From a virus (taxonomy: Duplodnaviria; Caudoviricetes), in the IMG/VR virus record IMGVR_UViG_3300025141_009405, positions 1 through 53,794 of that record: 53,794 bases of DNA; one strand, given 5' to 3'. Every line of letters begins with the position of its first letter. Position 1 is the stretch's first letter. A program made the position numbers and the translations under genes. Below, in pieces: positions 19,418-29,280 of this stretch. The notes beneath the pieces were generated by a model. The model did not search any database. It was given only the letters and a program-made list of their open reading frames with translations, and was not told where the DNA came from.

Positions 19418-20055
19418 TAATATCGTGTTTTTAATATATATAGTTTTTCACCATTTTTACACTTTATATAAGCGTTAGGGTATGGTGAATTTAACCCTCT
19501 TACTTTATCGTGAAAATATTCTGGAGAATGATGCAGAAAATCATCCACCTTTATCTCACTATCCGAAGGTTGTAACCGATTAAAGAAACTACCAACCCCT
19601 AAATCCTGTACTCTTCTAAAAGTATGAATATTATCAAAATTGTCCACAATAAAATTTATTCCTTTAATCCCTTCTCTACTTATATTATCGAATATGTTAT
19701 CTAATGACCCTTCTAAACTAATAGGGGATTGGAATAGAATGTCCCCGGTATCGATACCTTCATCCATTATAAACAAACTAACCATACTAGTTTTTTCATT
19801 ATTAAGTAATTGGTTTTGAATGGGTGTCCCACCCCTATAATGTGGTAATGGTGAGGGATGAAGACAAATACATAAATTATTATCTATTATGTGTTTAGGA
19901 ACCAAATCACTCCACCCAACGAAAAAAATCAAATCAGGTTTAATCGCATCAATAACATTATAATCCTCATGAGATATCAAATACTTATCTTTTGTTTTAA
20001 TTTGATTAAATATTTTGAATGACCAATCCCTATATCCATAATAGACTATTTTCAT
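19417..20055 (-). CDS. Formyltransferase (sugar N-formyltransferase / Fmt-like)
   Basis: HPSPLPHYRGGTPI, MDEGIDTGDIL, PYPNAY. Confidence 0.85.
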   Translation of the reverse strand: MKIVYYGYRDWSFKIFNQIKTKDKYLISHEDYNVIDAIKPDLIFFVGWSDLVPKHIIDNNLCICLHPSPLPHYRGGTPIQNQLLNNEKTSMVSLFIMDEGIDTGDILFQSPISLEGSLDNIFDNISREGIKGINFIVDNFDNIHTFRRVQDLGVGSFFNRLQPSDSEIKVDDFLHHSPEYFHDKVRGLNSPYPNAYIKCKNGEKLYILKTRY

Positions 20056-20963
20056 TTTAACGGTATTCTTTGTGGGGCGTCGTAACGTGGAAATTCTAAG
20101 TGGTCTACCTTATCTAATGTAGTTATTGTTTGTGGTGTTACAGTATAAGATATATTACATTTATATTTCTTCATAATATTTTTTATATCATTATTAAACC
20201 CCCCGTTAGGATAAGAAAAAACAAAATCATCAGAAAAGTGCTGGGTAAACCAATGAGACCTACTTATATCAGATTCAACATCGGACAACAGTAAAAGATT
20301 TTCTGAGGAGTTACCGTGTCCACCTATTACCATATTATTATAACTCATCTCCTCTAACTGTCTCAGGTTTAGATAAAAATCTTCAGCGAAAGAATAGGCA
20401 TCTTGAGATACGTATTTTTGGAAAAGGTAGTCCGTGTATTGGTAGTTATTAAAGTTTTCCGATTGGTGGTGTCTTAAGAAGTTTGTTATAAATATCATTT
20501 CCTCACTCCACCAATTATCACTCCACTTAGTGTGGGAATACTTCACCCACAACTCATAAGCATCGTCAAAGTTAGATAAAATTTCGGTAGTTAATATTTT
20601 TTCGTCTTGGGAAGATAAAATAAATTGTATCTTATGACTATGAATCATTTTTTTATCAATTATAGGGGCTGAAGGAACTAAAAAAGTACCACTAACTTTT
20701 AATTTCTTAAGTTCTTGATAAACATAAAAATGGTCTACCAGACCATCATCAAAAGTTAAGACAGCATAATCCACATTACCTTCTTCTAAATTTATGTTAG
20801 GCACATCTAAACTACTTATTATTTTATATTTTTTATTTATAAAGGTTAGTTGGTGCTGAAATTGTTTTTTATCTAAAAAGGATTTTAGATTATACCTACC
20901 AGGAAATTTAGTTTGGTCTAAATCTCTCACATCATGAAACATAAAAGCTCTTATTGTCGACAT
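20052..20963 (-). CDS. Polysaccharide deacetylase (CE4/NodB-like)
   Basis: MFHDVR, LTFDDGL, IGGHG, FSYPNG. Confidence 0.85.
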   Translation of the reverse strand: MSTIRAFMFHDVRDLDQTKFPGRYNLKSFLDKKQFQHQLTFINKKYKIISSLDVPNINLEEGNVDYAVLTFDDGLVDHFYVYQELKKLKVSGTFLVPSAPIIDKKMIHSHKIQFILSSQDEKILTTEILSNFDDAYELWVKYSHTKWSDNWWSEEMIFITNFLRHHQSENFNNYQYTDYLFQKYVSQDAYSFAEDFYLNLRQLEEMSYNNMVIGGHGNSSENLLLLSDVESDISRSHWFTQHFSDDFVFSYPNGGFNNDIKNIMKKYKCNISYTVTPQTITTLDKVDHLEFPRYDAPQRIPLK

Positions 20964-21697
20964 TATTTATATTTTTCGTTTACCTCGTAATCACAAGTAA
21001 AAAAAGTATGGATACACCTTTCTATTAGATGTGCCTCCCCAACCACAACATCCCAGTTAAGTATTTTTCTTATTTGTTCATAAAAGTTTTTACTATACTT
21101 TAATATAGTATGTTTAGGGATTATGTAATTCCCACCAGGTGAAAATCTTATATACTCTGGAAGTGTAGGATTCACAAATACATCTTGAAGAAATGCATTA
21201 GTATTATTAAAATGTCGATAAGGGACATGGTTAAAGTACCAACTGTTATTAATTTCTAGAAATCCACCATCTTCAGCCATCTTACTACCAGGACCATTAT
21301 GTGCTTCAGCACCAAAATCATGTAATTCCGTAAAGGTATTATTATTCATTAATTCATGAAATTTATCTACACCACAATTACCGTTTGAGAGTCTGTTACC
21401 ATCTTCATCTAATCTAGGGGTACCACTATCTTTAGGCCAGAGTAAACACGCTCTACAAAATAGGGTACAGTCTGGTAGATTATCATAATTCCTAACAATA
21501 AAGTCAAACATATCATATATATTTTGACCTACATTAAGTTGGTGTTTTATTTTATCACTTTCTTCGAATCTATGTGATTTATCATAAATTAAATAATTGT
21601 CAGTATACTTATGAATCCATGACTCTTCTATATTATTTGGTAACCAGTTATAGTCACTAGCTACCACAAAATTTGTATGTATTTTTTTATTTTCCAT
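20963..21697 (-). CDS. DUF3431-like glycan-related protein
   Basis: Start moved to ATG 21697. NVGQN, FIVRNYDNLPD, FSPGGNYII and HLIER resemble DUF3431. Confidence 0.6.
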   Translation of the reverse strand: MENKKIHTNFVVASDYNWLPNNIEESWIHKYTDNYLIYDKSHRFEESDKIKHQLNVGQNIYDMFDFIVRNYDNLPDCTLFCRACLLWPKDSGTPRLDEDGNRLSNGNCGVDKFHELMNNNTFTELHDFGAEAHNGPGSKMAEDGGFLEINNSWYFNHVPYRHFNNTNAFLQDVFVNPTLPEYIRFSPGGNYIIPKHTILKYSKNFYEQIRKILNWDVVVGEAHLIERCIHTFFTCDYEVNEKYK

Positions 21698-22352
21698 AGT
21701 TGGGGTAAATAGAATTTGTTCCGTAATGCCTATGAAAAGCAAAAGGTCTTATTCCCTGAATCTCAGGTATCATATTTTCGTGAGAAAAATATTTAGCAAT
21801 ATCTATATTAGCAAACTTCATACCATTCTCAATGTACTTATGTCTATAATTTACACAAATATATCCATCTTCATTAGTATACCCATGAAAAGGCTTCCAC
21901 TCCAAATCCAACTCTATAGGCAAGTCTAATAATTTTTTACTTCTTAAAGAAACGCTATTCCCAACCCGGATAAGATTATTATCTATATCTCTAAATGAAA
22001 AATCATCATTAGGTAGTGCCCAAGGAGCACCAATATAATCATATTCTAGAAATTCATCTCTCCATGAATCAGGATTTACTATAAAACCATCGTCGTGTAT
22101 TAAAATACAAAATTCAGTATCAATATGTTTTGGTAATTCATATATAGCCGCGTAATTCCACTCATCAATGTTAGACATTTTAGGACAAGTCGAGTGAGTT
22201 ATAGAATCTGGTAAATTATCAGGTTTTATGTGTGAAACCAATTTAACAGAACCAAAATTAATACCACGGCAACTATACTCTAAAGCTTTTATAGATTTAT
22301 CTAATTTAATAGAACTTAATACCACTAACGTTACATTTTCTAAATTAAGCAT
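21687..22352 (-). CDS. DUF5672-like putative glycosyltransferase
   Basis: LIHDDGF, FLEYDYIGAPW, VGNSVSLRSKKL, NEDGY, FSHE, FAFH. Confidence 0.7.
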   Translation of the reverse strand: MLNLENVTLVVLSSIKLDKSIKALEYSCRGINFGSVKLVSHIKPDNLPDSITHSTCPKMSNIDEWNYAAIYELPKHIDTEFCILIHDDGFIVNPDSWRDEFLEYDYIGAPWALPNDDFSFRDIDNNLIRVGNSVSLRSKKLLDLPIELDLEWKPFHGYTNEDGYICVNYRHKYIENGMKFANIDIAKYFSHENMIPEIQGIRPFAFHRHYGTNSIYPNYGK

Positions 22353-23751
22353 ATCTTAGTTTTAACATTCCAAATTCTTTATCCTTAAGTGATTGTGGTA
22401 TGGTATCAGTTAACCTATTACCCCAGGTTCTATTAACTACTGTTATTTCATCTAATATGGTAGGTTCACCATGCAAATCAAACATACGCTTATAATAATC
22501 TACATCCATTAACCAATTTAAATCCTCATCAAAAAACAACAAGTTTTTATTTTTCATAGTCATACCTGTAGGACAACCCATAGTATTGTTACCAGTCCAT
22601 ATCATATTATTCCATCTTGGATAGTATAATCTATAATAAGTCTTTCCATCATTACTATGATAAAATTTAGTCATAATCCACGTAATGTTAGGTTGTGATT
22701 TTAGTAGGTTAGCCTGAATTTCTAGTGAATTTTCGTCATATAAAAAGTCGTCCTGGAATAGTACTTTAATCCATTTCCCCGTACATAATCTCATTGCATT
22801 ATTTATGTTAGGTGATATAATACCCCTACCTTTAGAATTTCTAAAGTATTGTATATTTAATTTATCCACCCACTTATTATAAACTTCTTTAATCGTATCA
22901 TCTTCACTATGGTCTGACAATATAACTTCGAAGTCGGTAAAAGTCTGTTTACTAATAATTCCTAAACTAAAGTCTAAGAATTCTGCCCCTCTACCATTAT
23001 ACCCATAAGTAGGTATCGCAATTGAGAAAAATGGTTTGTTTAATCCTTTATGTAATTTATCTAGATTCATTGATAGATTTTTTGGTACTTGTTCCGGTGC
23101 GTATATCTTTTTAACTTTTTTTGTCTCCGAAGCCAATTCATATATTGTTTTAGTCTCTGTCCCTACATTATACAACCCACTTAAATTATTAGTTATCATA
23201 GAAATTATTAGTTTGGATATGTTGGGCACATAATCAAAATTACCAACCTGGTCAATCCAAGCACCATCATAAGGGAATGGGTTAGGTTTATGGGTGCATC
23301 TACATAGAAGATAATTTTTTGACTGTAGTTGAATTAGTCCGTCCCCGAGTAACTTGGTATATCCGTACCAGTTATTACAGTGAACTGGTACCGTATTTTC
23401 AGTGGCTTCTGTATCAGAACCAGAATATACATAATCTGTAGAAATATGTATTAATTTAACACCCCATTTATTACAAAAATCAATTAAATGAGATAACCCT
23501 TCATAATTCACTTTCCAGTGTAGTTCCTTATCGACACTATAAGTGTCTGTATTTGCAATACAATTAAGTATAACATCATATTTACAATGTTGTATAGCAC
23601 CAAATTCTACAGATGTAAGTAAATGGTAAGTTTCCGTATCAGTAATGTCAAAACCATGTTCCTTTCTAGAAATATAGTCCCATTCGGTTTGCTTAACAAT
23701 TTCCGAACCCAATAATCCATCACCTAATACTAAAACTTTTAATTTTCCCAT
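22345..23751 (-). CDS. Fusion: RmlD-like reductase + GT2 glycosyltransferase
   Basis: N-half GDGLLG, HISTDYVY, YGYTK. C-half SIAIPTY, FEVILSDHS, LFQDD, FDEDL...DVDYY. Confidence 0.85.
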   Translation of the reverse strand: MGKLKVLVLGDGLLGSEIVKQTEWDYISRKEHGFDITDTETYHLLTSVEFGAIQHCKYDVILNCIANTDTYSVDKELHWKVNYEGLSHLIDFCNKWGVKLIHISTDYVYSGSDTEATENTVPVHCNNWYGYTKLLGDGLIQLQSKNYLLCRCTHKPNPFPYDGAWIDQVGNFDYVPNISKLIISMITNNLSGLYNVGTETKTIYELASETKKVKKIYAPEQVPKNLSMNLDKLHKGLNKPFFSIAIPTYGYNGRGAEFLDFSLGIISKQTFTDFEVILSDHSEDDTIKEVYNKWVDKLNIQYFRNSKGRGIISPNINNAMRLCTGKWIKVLFQDDFLYDENSLEIQANLLKSQPNITWIMTKFYHSNDGKTYYRLYYPRWNNMIWTGNNTMGCPTGMTMKNKNLLFFDEDLNWLMDVDYYKRMFDLHGEPTILDEITVVNRTWGNRLTDTIPQSLKDKEFGMLKLRYA

Positions 23752-25040
23752 TTATTTACAAATATACTCTCTATATAATCAAAAACTTCATCCGTGTAAT
23801 GTGGTGCAGCACCCACAAAAAATACTTTATCTAAAACTTTATTAGCGTTAGGGTAATCATTTAAATCATCCAAATGCTTATACCCTGGATGCATTAAGAT
23901 GTTTCCAGCAAAGTAATTTCTAGTTTGTATTTTATTTTCTTCTAAAAATGCAACTAATTTATCTTTTAATTCTTTATTATCACAAATAAAAGGTGTACCA
24001 AACCAACACGTGTCAGCTTTAGGTAACATCGACACACCCTTAATACCATCTACATATTTTAAAAAGATGGCCTCAATAGTGTTCTTACTATGTTTTCTAT
24101 TGGTGTCAATTTCCTCAAACTTCTTTAATTGTACCAAACCAATAGAACCTTGTAAGTCCATAGGTTTTAAGTTATAACCCATATTAGTAAAAACATATTT
24201 ATGGTCAATTATTCCATCATACGACTCTAACCAGTTACCAAATCGTTTACCACAAGTACCACAAGATAATAAATTAGCGGAACCAACACAATAACAATCC
24301 CTACCCCACCAAGCAAAACTAGTAAATAATCTTTTTAGTGGTGCAATATTTGTACAAACAGCACCACCTTCTCCAGTGGAGATGTGATGGGCCGGATAAA
24401 ATGAAGAAGTCCAAGCTTCATAATACTCACTTAAATGTTTACCATCCCATTTAGAACCAATACTATCACAACTATCACCAATCAAGCGTATGTTGTGTTT
24501 TTTACATAATTCAGTTAAAAAGTCCATATCAGGTACGTTACCAAGTACAGGAGAAACAAAAATAGCTTTAGTTCTAGGAGTTATTTTTTCTTCTATTTTA
24601 TTAATGTCAAAGTTAAGAGTAGTATATTCTATATCTACAAATACAGGTTTTAAGTTATTTTGTACCAGGACTGATATGGTTGTTGGGAATCCTACAGGTG
24701 AAACTATCACCTCGTCACCATCTTGCCACCCAAAGTATTTCTTTAAAGCGGATATAAGAACTAGATTAGCTGAACTACCAGAATTAACCATCTGTACAAA
24801 TTTAGCACCAAAAACCCTACCAAAAGCACGTTCAAACTTATTAACATTTTCTCCAGCTACCACCCATTTACCTTCTATAAAAGTTTTAATGGCTGCCATA
24901 ATTTCTTCTTCATCCCAGTAAGGTCCTGAATATAACACTTGACTTTCACCAGGTACGAAAGCTTGGTTATATAGGTATTTGGGTTTATTCTCCTGTAAGT
25001 AAGTTAAGAGGGTGGGTAATATACTGTCTATTTGTTTCAT
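23739..25040 (-). CDS. rfbH: CDP-4-keto-6-deoxyglucose 3-dehydratase (RfbH/DdhC, E1)
   Basis: NSGSSANL, DSCDSIG, SFYPAHHISTGEGG (His at the PLP-Lys position), WGRDCYC...TCGKRF, DHKY, GYNLKP. Confidence 0.88.
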   Translation of the reverse strand: MKQIDSILPTLLTYLQENKPKYLYNQAFVPGESQVLYSGPYWDEEEIMAAIKTFIEGKWVVAGENVNKFERAFGRVFGAKFVQMVNSGSSANLVLISALKKYFGWQDGDEVIVSPVGFPTTISVLVQNNLKPVFVDIEYTTLNFDINKIEEKITPRTKAIFVSPVLGNVPDMDFLTELCKKHNIRLIGDSCDSIGSKWDGKHLSEYYEAWTSSFYPAHHISTGEGGAVCTNIAPLKRLFTSFAWWGRDCYCVGSANLLSCGTCGKRFGNWLESYDGIIDHKYVFTNMGYNLKPMDLQGSIGLVQLKKFEEIDTNRKHSKNTIEAIFLKYVDGIKGVSMLPKADTCWFGTPFICDNKELKDKLVAFLEENKIQTRNYFAGNILMHPGYKHLDDLNDYPNANKVLDKVFFVGAAPHYTDEVFDYIESIFVNKWEN

Positions 25041-25759
25041 CTTTTTAATTTTTTATATGGTTTTTTGTTTCTTATTCTTGATGCATGGTCATTAACCATC
25101 CTCATATCTATTTTGTGTTCGTTTATAGGGTTAGTTTCGTTGTAGACGTAATTTACGGTATTCATAAACCTATAATGTTCTTCTCCAGCCATTTCTAACA
25201 TTGGGTACATAAAACATAAGTCACCACTCCACTGCCAGTAATCACCATTTTCATCACGTAAATCTTCTTCTTTTATATTTCTCCATAAAAATGCACGCCA
25301 AGTTCTTATATGGGAAGCTGTAAATCTAACCTGTCTTAAATTATCAAAACCAGTTTGTTTTTGGGAAAACCCGGGTTGTCCGTTCGAATATCTAAAACTT
25401 CCATTAGCAATCCAAACATCCTCATCCTCATAAACTTTATTAATTCTACTTAACACACCAACATCAGGTAGGTAATCGTCACCATCCACCTCAACCAGGA
25501 TATCATTATCTTTTATATCTGGGTTATTACGAATAACCGTATCAAAGTTTCCAGCTTGATATAATTTTTTATCACTTTCCTCCACCAGAACAAATCTTTT
25601 ATCGTCTTTAATAAATTCCTTTACTAAATTTATTGAATTGTCTGTAGAATGGTCATGTGTTATATAACATGTAAAATTTTTATGGTCTTGAGACTGAATA
25701 GTAGCAAGACAACGCTCTATGTATTGTTCAGCGTTATAAAAACCAGTTAGTACTATCAT
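25037..25759 (-). CDS. Glycosyltransferase family 2
   Basis: YNAEQYIERCL, DHSTD, VDGDD, SHIRTWR, DLCFMYPMLEMAG. Confidence 0.85.
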   Translation of the reverse strand: MIVLTGFYNAEQYIERCLATIQSQDHKNFTCYITHDHSTDNSINLVKEFIKDDKRFVLVEESDKKLYQAGNFDTVIRNNPDIKDNDILVEVDGDDYLPDVGVLSRINKVYEDEDVWIANGSFRYSNGQPGFSQKQTGFDNLRQVRFTASHIRTWRAFLWRNIKEEDLRDENGDYWQWSGDLCFMYPMLEMAGEEHYRFMNTVNYVYNETNPINEHKIDMRMVNDHASRIRNKKPYKKLKR

Positions 25760-25765
25760 AATTTA

Positions 25766-26452
25766 TTATTTTATATATTTTTCTATTATTTTTTGTGTGT
25801 AACCTTTAGACTCAATACCAAACTCAGATAAATAATCTTTAAAAATAGGACTTGTCAATGAAGTCCATCTATCATCTTCATTAGTATCTTTAATTTTCAT
25901 CTTTAAACTACCATCATTAACATTAAAAAAATATTGAATTATTTTCGATAAGTCAACAACAGAAAGAGGTTCTATACCCCCCACATAAACAGTTTTACAA
26001 CTAGTCTTACCCTCACAATACATAACAAAATTAACTAAATCTTCTATATCTACGACAGCTCTCCTAAGATTACCATAAACCTCAAAAGACTCACCTGACT
26101 TTATCTTACCCACTAGATAATTTATAAGATTATTGTTATTCCCACAACTACCGATTAGTTGGGGGACCCTAAATATAGTATAATCTTTAGCGTGTAACCT
26201 TATTAAATTCTCCATTTCTTTTTTATGCCAATAGTATGGGTTATCTTTATAACCAATAAGGATTGTACTAAAATATATAAATTTTATTTCTTGGTGGGTT
26301 TCTAGGGTGTTTAGTAATAAGTCTTTTTCTCTTTTAAAATTTTTTGGATTGTCTTCTTTTGAGTTAGATACTCCTGACGCAAAAATAACAATATTATCTT
26401 TATCGTATTTTTTTAAAAATGATTTAGCGATAAGCCCATTACCTATAATCAT
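25766..26452 (-). CDS. NAD-dependent epimerase/dehydratase-like
   Basis: MIIGNGLIA, FASGVSNS, YFST, YYWHK. Confidence 0.8.
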   Translation of the reverse strand: MIIGNGLIAKSFLKKYDKDNIVIFASGVSNSKEDNPKNFKREKDLLLNTLETHQEIKFIYFSTILIGYKDNPYYWHKKEMENLIRLHAKDYTIFRVPQLIGSCGNNNNLINYLVGKIKSGESFEVYGNLRRAVVDIEDLVNFVMYCEGKTSCKTVYVGGIEPLSVVDLSKIIQYFFNVNDGSLKMKIKDTNEDDRWTSLTSPIFKDYLSEFGIESKGYTQKIIEKYIK

Positions 26453-27234
26453 AAATCTAAAACTTTAACCCATTCTTTTATGATTTCATCATTAGATAGG
26501 TTTATTACATCATGTTCGGTAGCTTTACTACCATAAAATTTTGTACCTGTAGTTTCACATTCATCTTTTACTAGTGAAGCTACTTCACTGTTTGAGGATA
26601 GGTAAACCGCTTCTACTTCATCATATATTTTTTGTTTGTCACTAATAAAACCCCTCTCCATAACATTTTCACCTATAAGTGGTTTTACAAAATTATTATA
26701 GTAATTAGGGTCAGTAACATTACCGAATAACATAATTTTTTTAAATCCGTCTTTTAACGCTTTTTGTATTGAGACGTGTGTTTGTTTATTTTCGTCTATA
26801 GAACCTATGATTCCAGCAATACCTTTTGTTTCCGGAGATTTAGGTTTATTTTCTAATACTTCTTTTATATTAGGTATAATACTATATCTACCTTTATATC
26901 TATTGTGATACTCTCTTTGTTTTTTATTTAAAAAAACCACCTCATCCCAGTATTGAGGTATGTCACCCACCTCAAAAATATTTTTTTCGTGACAAGACAA
27001 TAAAACTTTTTTAACATCAGGTCTACCATTTAAAGGTATAAAATGAAAAATCATAGTATCATCTTTACTCATATTTATCTCATTCATCCTACCAGATTTA
27101 CATTTATCTAAGTGCCATTCATGAGGACCATAAAATGTTGTGTCATATCCAGCCTTATTGAGTGCATTCGTTAGATTTATGAATGCAAAGGTAGACCCAC
27201 CACGATTACTCCAACCAGAAACTATTTTTACCAT
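26449..27234 (-). CDS. GT-B fold glycosyltransferase-like
   Basis: GGS N-terminal motif, CHE, IIPN, GIIGSIDENKQTH, YLSSNSE. Confidence 0.65.
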   Translation of the reverse strand: MVKIVSGWSNRGGSTFAFINLTNALNKAGYDTTFYGPHEWHLDKCKSGRMNEINMSKDDTMIFHFIPLNGRPDVKKVLLSCHEKNIFEVGDIPQYWDEVVFLNKKQREYHNRYKGRYSIIPNIKEVLENKPKSPETKGIAGIIGSIDENKQTHVSIQKALKDGFKKIMLFGNVTDPNYYNNFVKPLIGENVMERGFISDKQKIYDEVEAVYLSSNSEVASLVKDECETTGTKFYGSKATEHDVINLSNDEIIKEWVKVLDL

Positions 27235-28322
27235 TCTAATGTTTTTTTATATTTTTTTATTACCTCACCACTTAAACCACTATCATCACTATTAAATTGG
27301 GGAATAGTAGGGAAAAAATTCTTCATATATTCGGTTAATTTATTGTTAGTTGTATGAATTAAATCAAAACTAACTTCTTTCATTTTATATAATTTACCTT
27401 TCTCTGATTGTACTGGACCATTAGGACTAGTAATAGCCCATTCACCATCACCCATTTTAAATCCAGGAGGTGAATTAAGAGGATAAACCTCGATACCTTT
27501 ACGATTTAATAATTTTTTGTGTGGTAAAGCATGGTCACAACATAAAGTAACGGAATGACCTAACTTTCTAATGTCTAAAGCAGCGTCAATTGCATTTTCA
27601 TCTAAAATTTCTGTAGTAACTAACAAATTAAATTTTTCGTTATCGTAAAATTCTCTGTTAAGTTTAACTGGTAGTACATCTTTATATTTTTTAGCAAAAA
27701 CCTCCCTATTTTTTTCCCACTCATCATTAGTCTGCCCAATAGATAAATGAGTAATTCTAATATTTGTGCACACACCAATACTAACGTTTTCTAAGTAATT
27801 AGAAAAACAAAACTCCACATCATAAAAGTGGAATCCTTTGATGTTCTCATCAAACCCGTTCACTAATTTATTTTTAGATACACCAAAGAATAAACCATCC
27901 ACTAAAACTACTGGCATTATATTAATACCTATATCTTTAGAATATCTAGTTAACCATCTATTACCATCTTTTTCATGGTACACAGCTCCATGCATTTTAG
28001 AAAAATCATCCCACCATCTTCCGGTAGTTGAGAGATATCGAGTACCCGCTACCCCTATAATACCAAAATCTGGATGCTTAGAAAAGTTTTTTAACATTTT
28101 TCTCCCCCAGTTTTTGGTGTCAAATTTTATATCATCATGACAAAATATAACTTTATCATTTGTAGACTTCTCCAATCCCATATTATAAACCTCATTAAGG
28201 GAGTATTTTCCAGGATTTTCATAAGGTAGAATTTCTACATTGTGTACACCACAAGTGGATTTTATTAGTTTAATAAAATCTTCATTTATTTTTTTGGTAC
28301 TAAATACTACAGATAAACTCAT
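27228..28322 (-). CDS. GT2-like glycosyltransferase with C-terminal partial GT-B-like domain
   Basis: Start at ATG 28322. YNMGL, FCHDDI, GIIGVAG, VDGLF, FDE...GFHFYD, HLSIG. Confidence 0.75.
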   Translation of the reverse strand: MSLSVVFSTKKINEDFIKLIKSTCGVHNVEILPYENPGKYSLNEVYNMGLEKSTNDKVIFCHDDIKFDTKNWGRKMLKNFSKHPDFGIIGVAGTRYLSTTGRWWDDFSKMHGAVYHEKDGNRWLTRYSKDIGINIMPVVLVDGLFFGVSKNKLVNGFDENIKGFHFYDVEFCFSNYLENVSIGVCTNIRITHLSIGQTNDEWEKNREVFAKKYKDVLPVKLNREFYDNEKFNLLVTTEILDENAIDAALDIRKLGHSVTLCCDHALPHKKLLNRKGIEVYPLNSPPGFKMGDGEWAITSPNGPVQSEKGKLYKMKEVSFDLIHTTNNKLTEYMKNFFPTIPQFNSDDSGLSGEVIKKYKKTLEW

Positions 28323-28323
28323 G

Positions 28324-28932
28324 TTATTGTATTCCAGTTGACCCAAATCCACCTTCTCCTCTTTGGGTCTTTGTTAAATTATTTACCTTTACTAGGTTAG
28401 CCCACCTTCCCGAAATTACCGGTGAAACTACCGCTTGTGCTATTCTATCACCGTGGTTAACGATAAAATCTTCATTACTTAAATTCATTAAGATAATTTT
28501 TATCTCTCCATTATACCCCCTATCTACAGTACCCGGAGTATTAAGAACAGTTATTCCACTTTTGATAGCTAGACCACTCCTAGGCCTAACCTGTACCTCT
28601 AAACTTTCAGGTAACTCAAAGTGTATACCTGTTGGTACTAGTGCTCGTTCTAGTGATTTAATAGTTAGTGGTTCTTTTAAGTTTGCTCTTAAATCCATAC
28701 CACTATCATCTAGATATTTATAGGATAAATCCTTATTGGTTGATGTGTTTTGGTACTTTATAACCGGCTTTACACCTTCCATGGCGGACCTAACAGTCTC
28801 CTCCTCCAACTCCTTAAGTATTTTACTATCCACCCCTAAATGAGCCAACATTTTATCGTCCTCCATAGTAGTTTCTTCACTACTAACAACTTTCTTAATT
28901 CTTTCCCAAGTACTACCTAATTTATCTTTCAT
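28324..28932 (-). CDS. dut: Trimeric dUTPase with N-terminal extension
   Basis: GMDLRA, RPRSGLA, NTPGTVDRGYNGE, GDRIAQ, RGEGGFGSTG. Confidence 0.95.
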   Translation of the reverse strand: MKDKLGSTWERIKKVVSSEETTMEDDKMLAHLGVDSKILKELEEETVRSAMEGVKPVIKYQNTSTNKDLSYKYLDDSGMDLRANLKEPLTIKSLERALVPTGIHFELPESLEVQVRPRSGLAIKSGITVLNTPGTVDRGYNGEIKIILMNLSNEDFIVNHGDRIAQAVVSPVISGRWANLVKVNNLTKTQRGEGGFGSTGIQ

Positions 28933-28933
28933 A

Positions 28934-29164
28934 TTATTTGTAATATTGAGGTGTTAATTGTGGGTGTAGAATGTCTTCGAAAGGAGCCTTAACTATTGAT
29001 ACGACCTCAGAATCTCTAGTGTCCTCAGATAAGTAAGTCGCCAATCTTTTATTAACCTCGAAAAGAGATTCCGCTTCCACTACATATTTAAATTTTTTTA
29101 CTTTTGGGTTACCTTCATTATCTAAAACCCCGGTTTCAAATGCTACTATTGCTTGATAATACAT
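28934..29164 (-). CDS. Small protein resembling Bacteroidota DUF4494
   Basis: MYY-x-A-x-V...GNPKVKKFKYVVEAESLFEV pattern. Confidence 0.5.
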   Translation of the reverse strand: MYYQAIVAFETGVLDNEGNPKVKKFKYVVEAESLFEVNKRLATYLSEDTRDSEVVSIVKAPFEDILHPQLTPQYYK

Positions 29165-29168
29165 GTTT

Positions 29169-29276
29169 TTAATTTTTATTTATTCTTTTATTTATATCTT
29201 TTTCTATTTGTGTTGTTATGTACATTCCTATTGTGATACCCACACCCAACGCTGTTATAAATCCTATCATTTCCAT
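29169..29276 (-). CDS. Small single-TM protein MEMIGFITALGVGITIGMYITTQIEKDINKRINKN (not in ORF track)
   Basis: ATG 29276 lies 4 nt after the upstream stop and TAA lies 4 nt before the next ATG, so it exactly fills the gap. Hydrophobic N-half with a basic tail. Confidence 0.7.
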   Translation of the reverse strand: MEMIGFITALGVGITIGMYITTQIEKDINKRINKN

Positions 29277-29280
29277 AATT

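Noticed and set aside
19417-20055. Methionyl-tRNA formyltransferase for translation
   Set aside because: Short, lacks the full C-terminal tRNA-binding domain and is coupled to sugar dehydratase/deacetylase genes, so a sugar formyltransferase is more plausible.
29189-29196. T4-orientation TATAAATA upstream of ORF 28934-29164
   Set aside because: Single instance inside a coding region of very AT-rich sequence; the systematic signal is in the opposite orientation.
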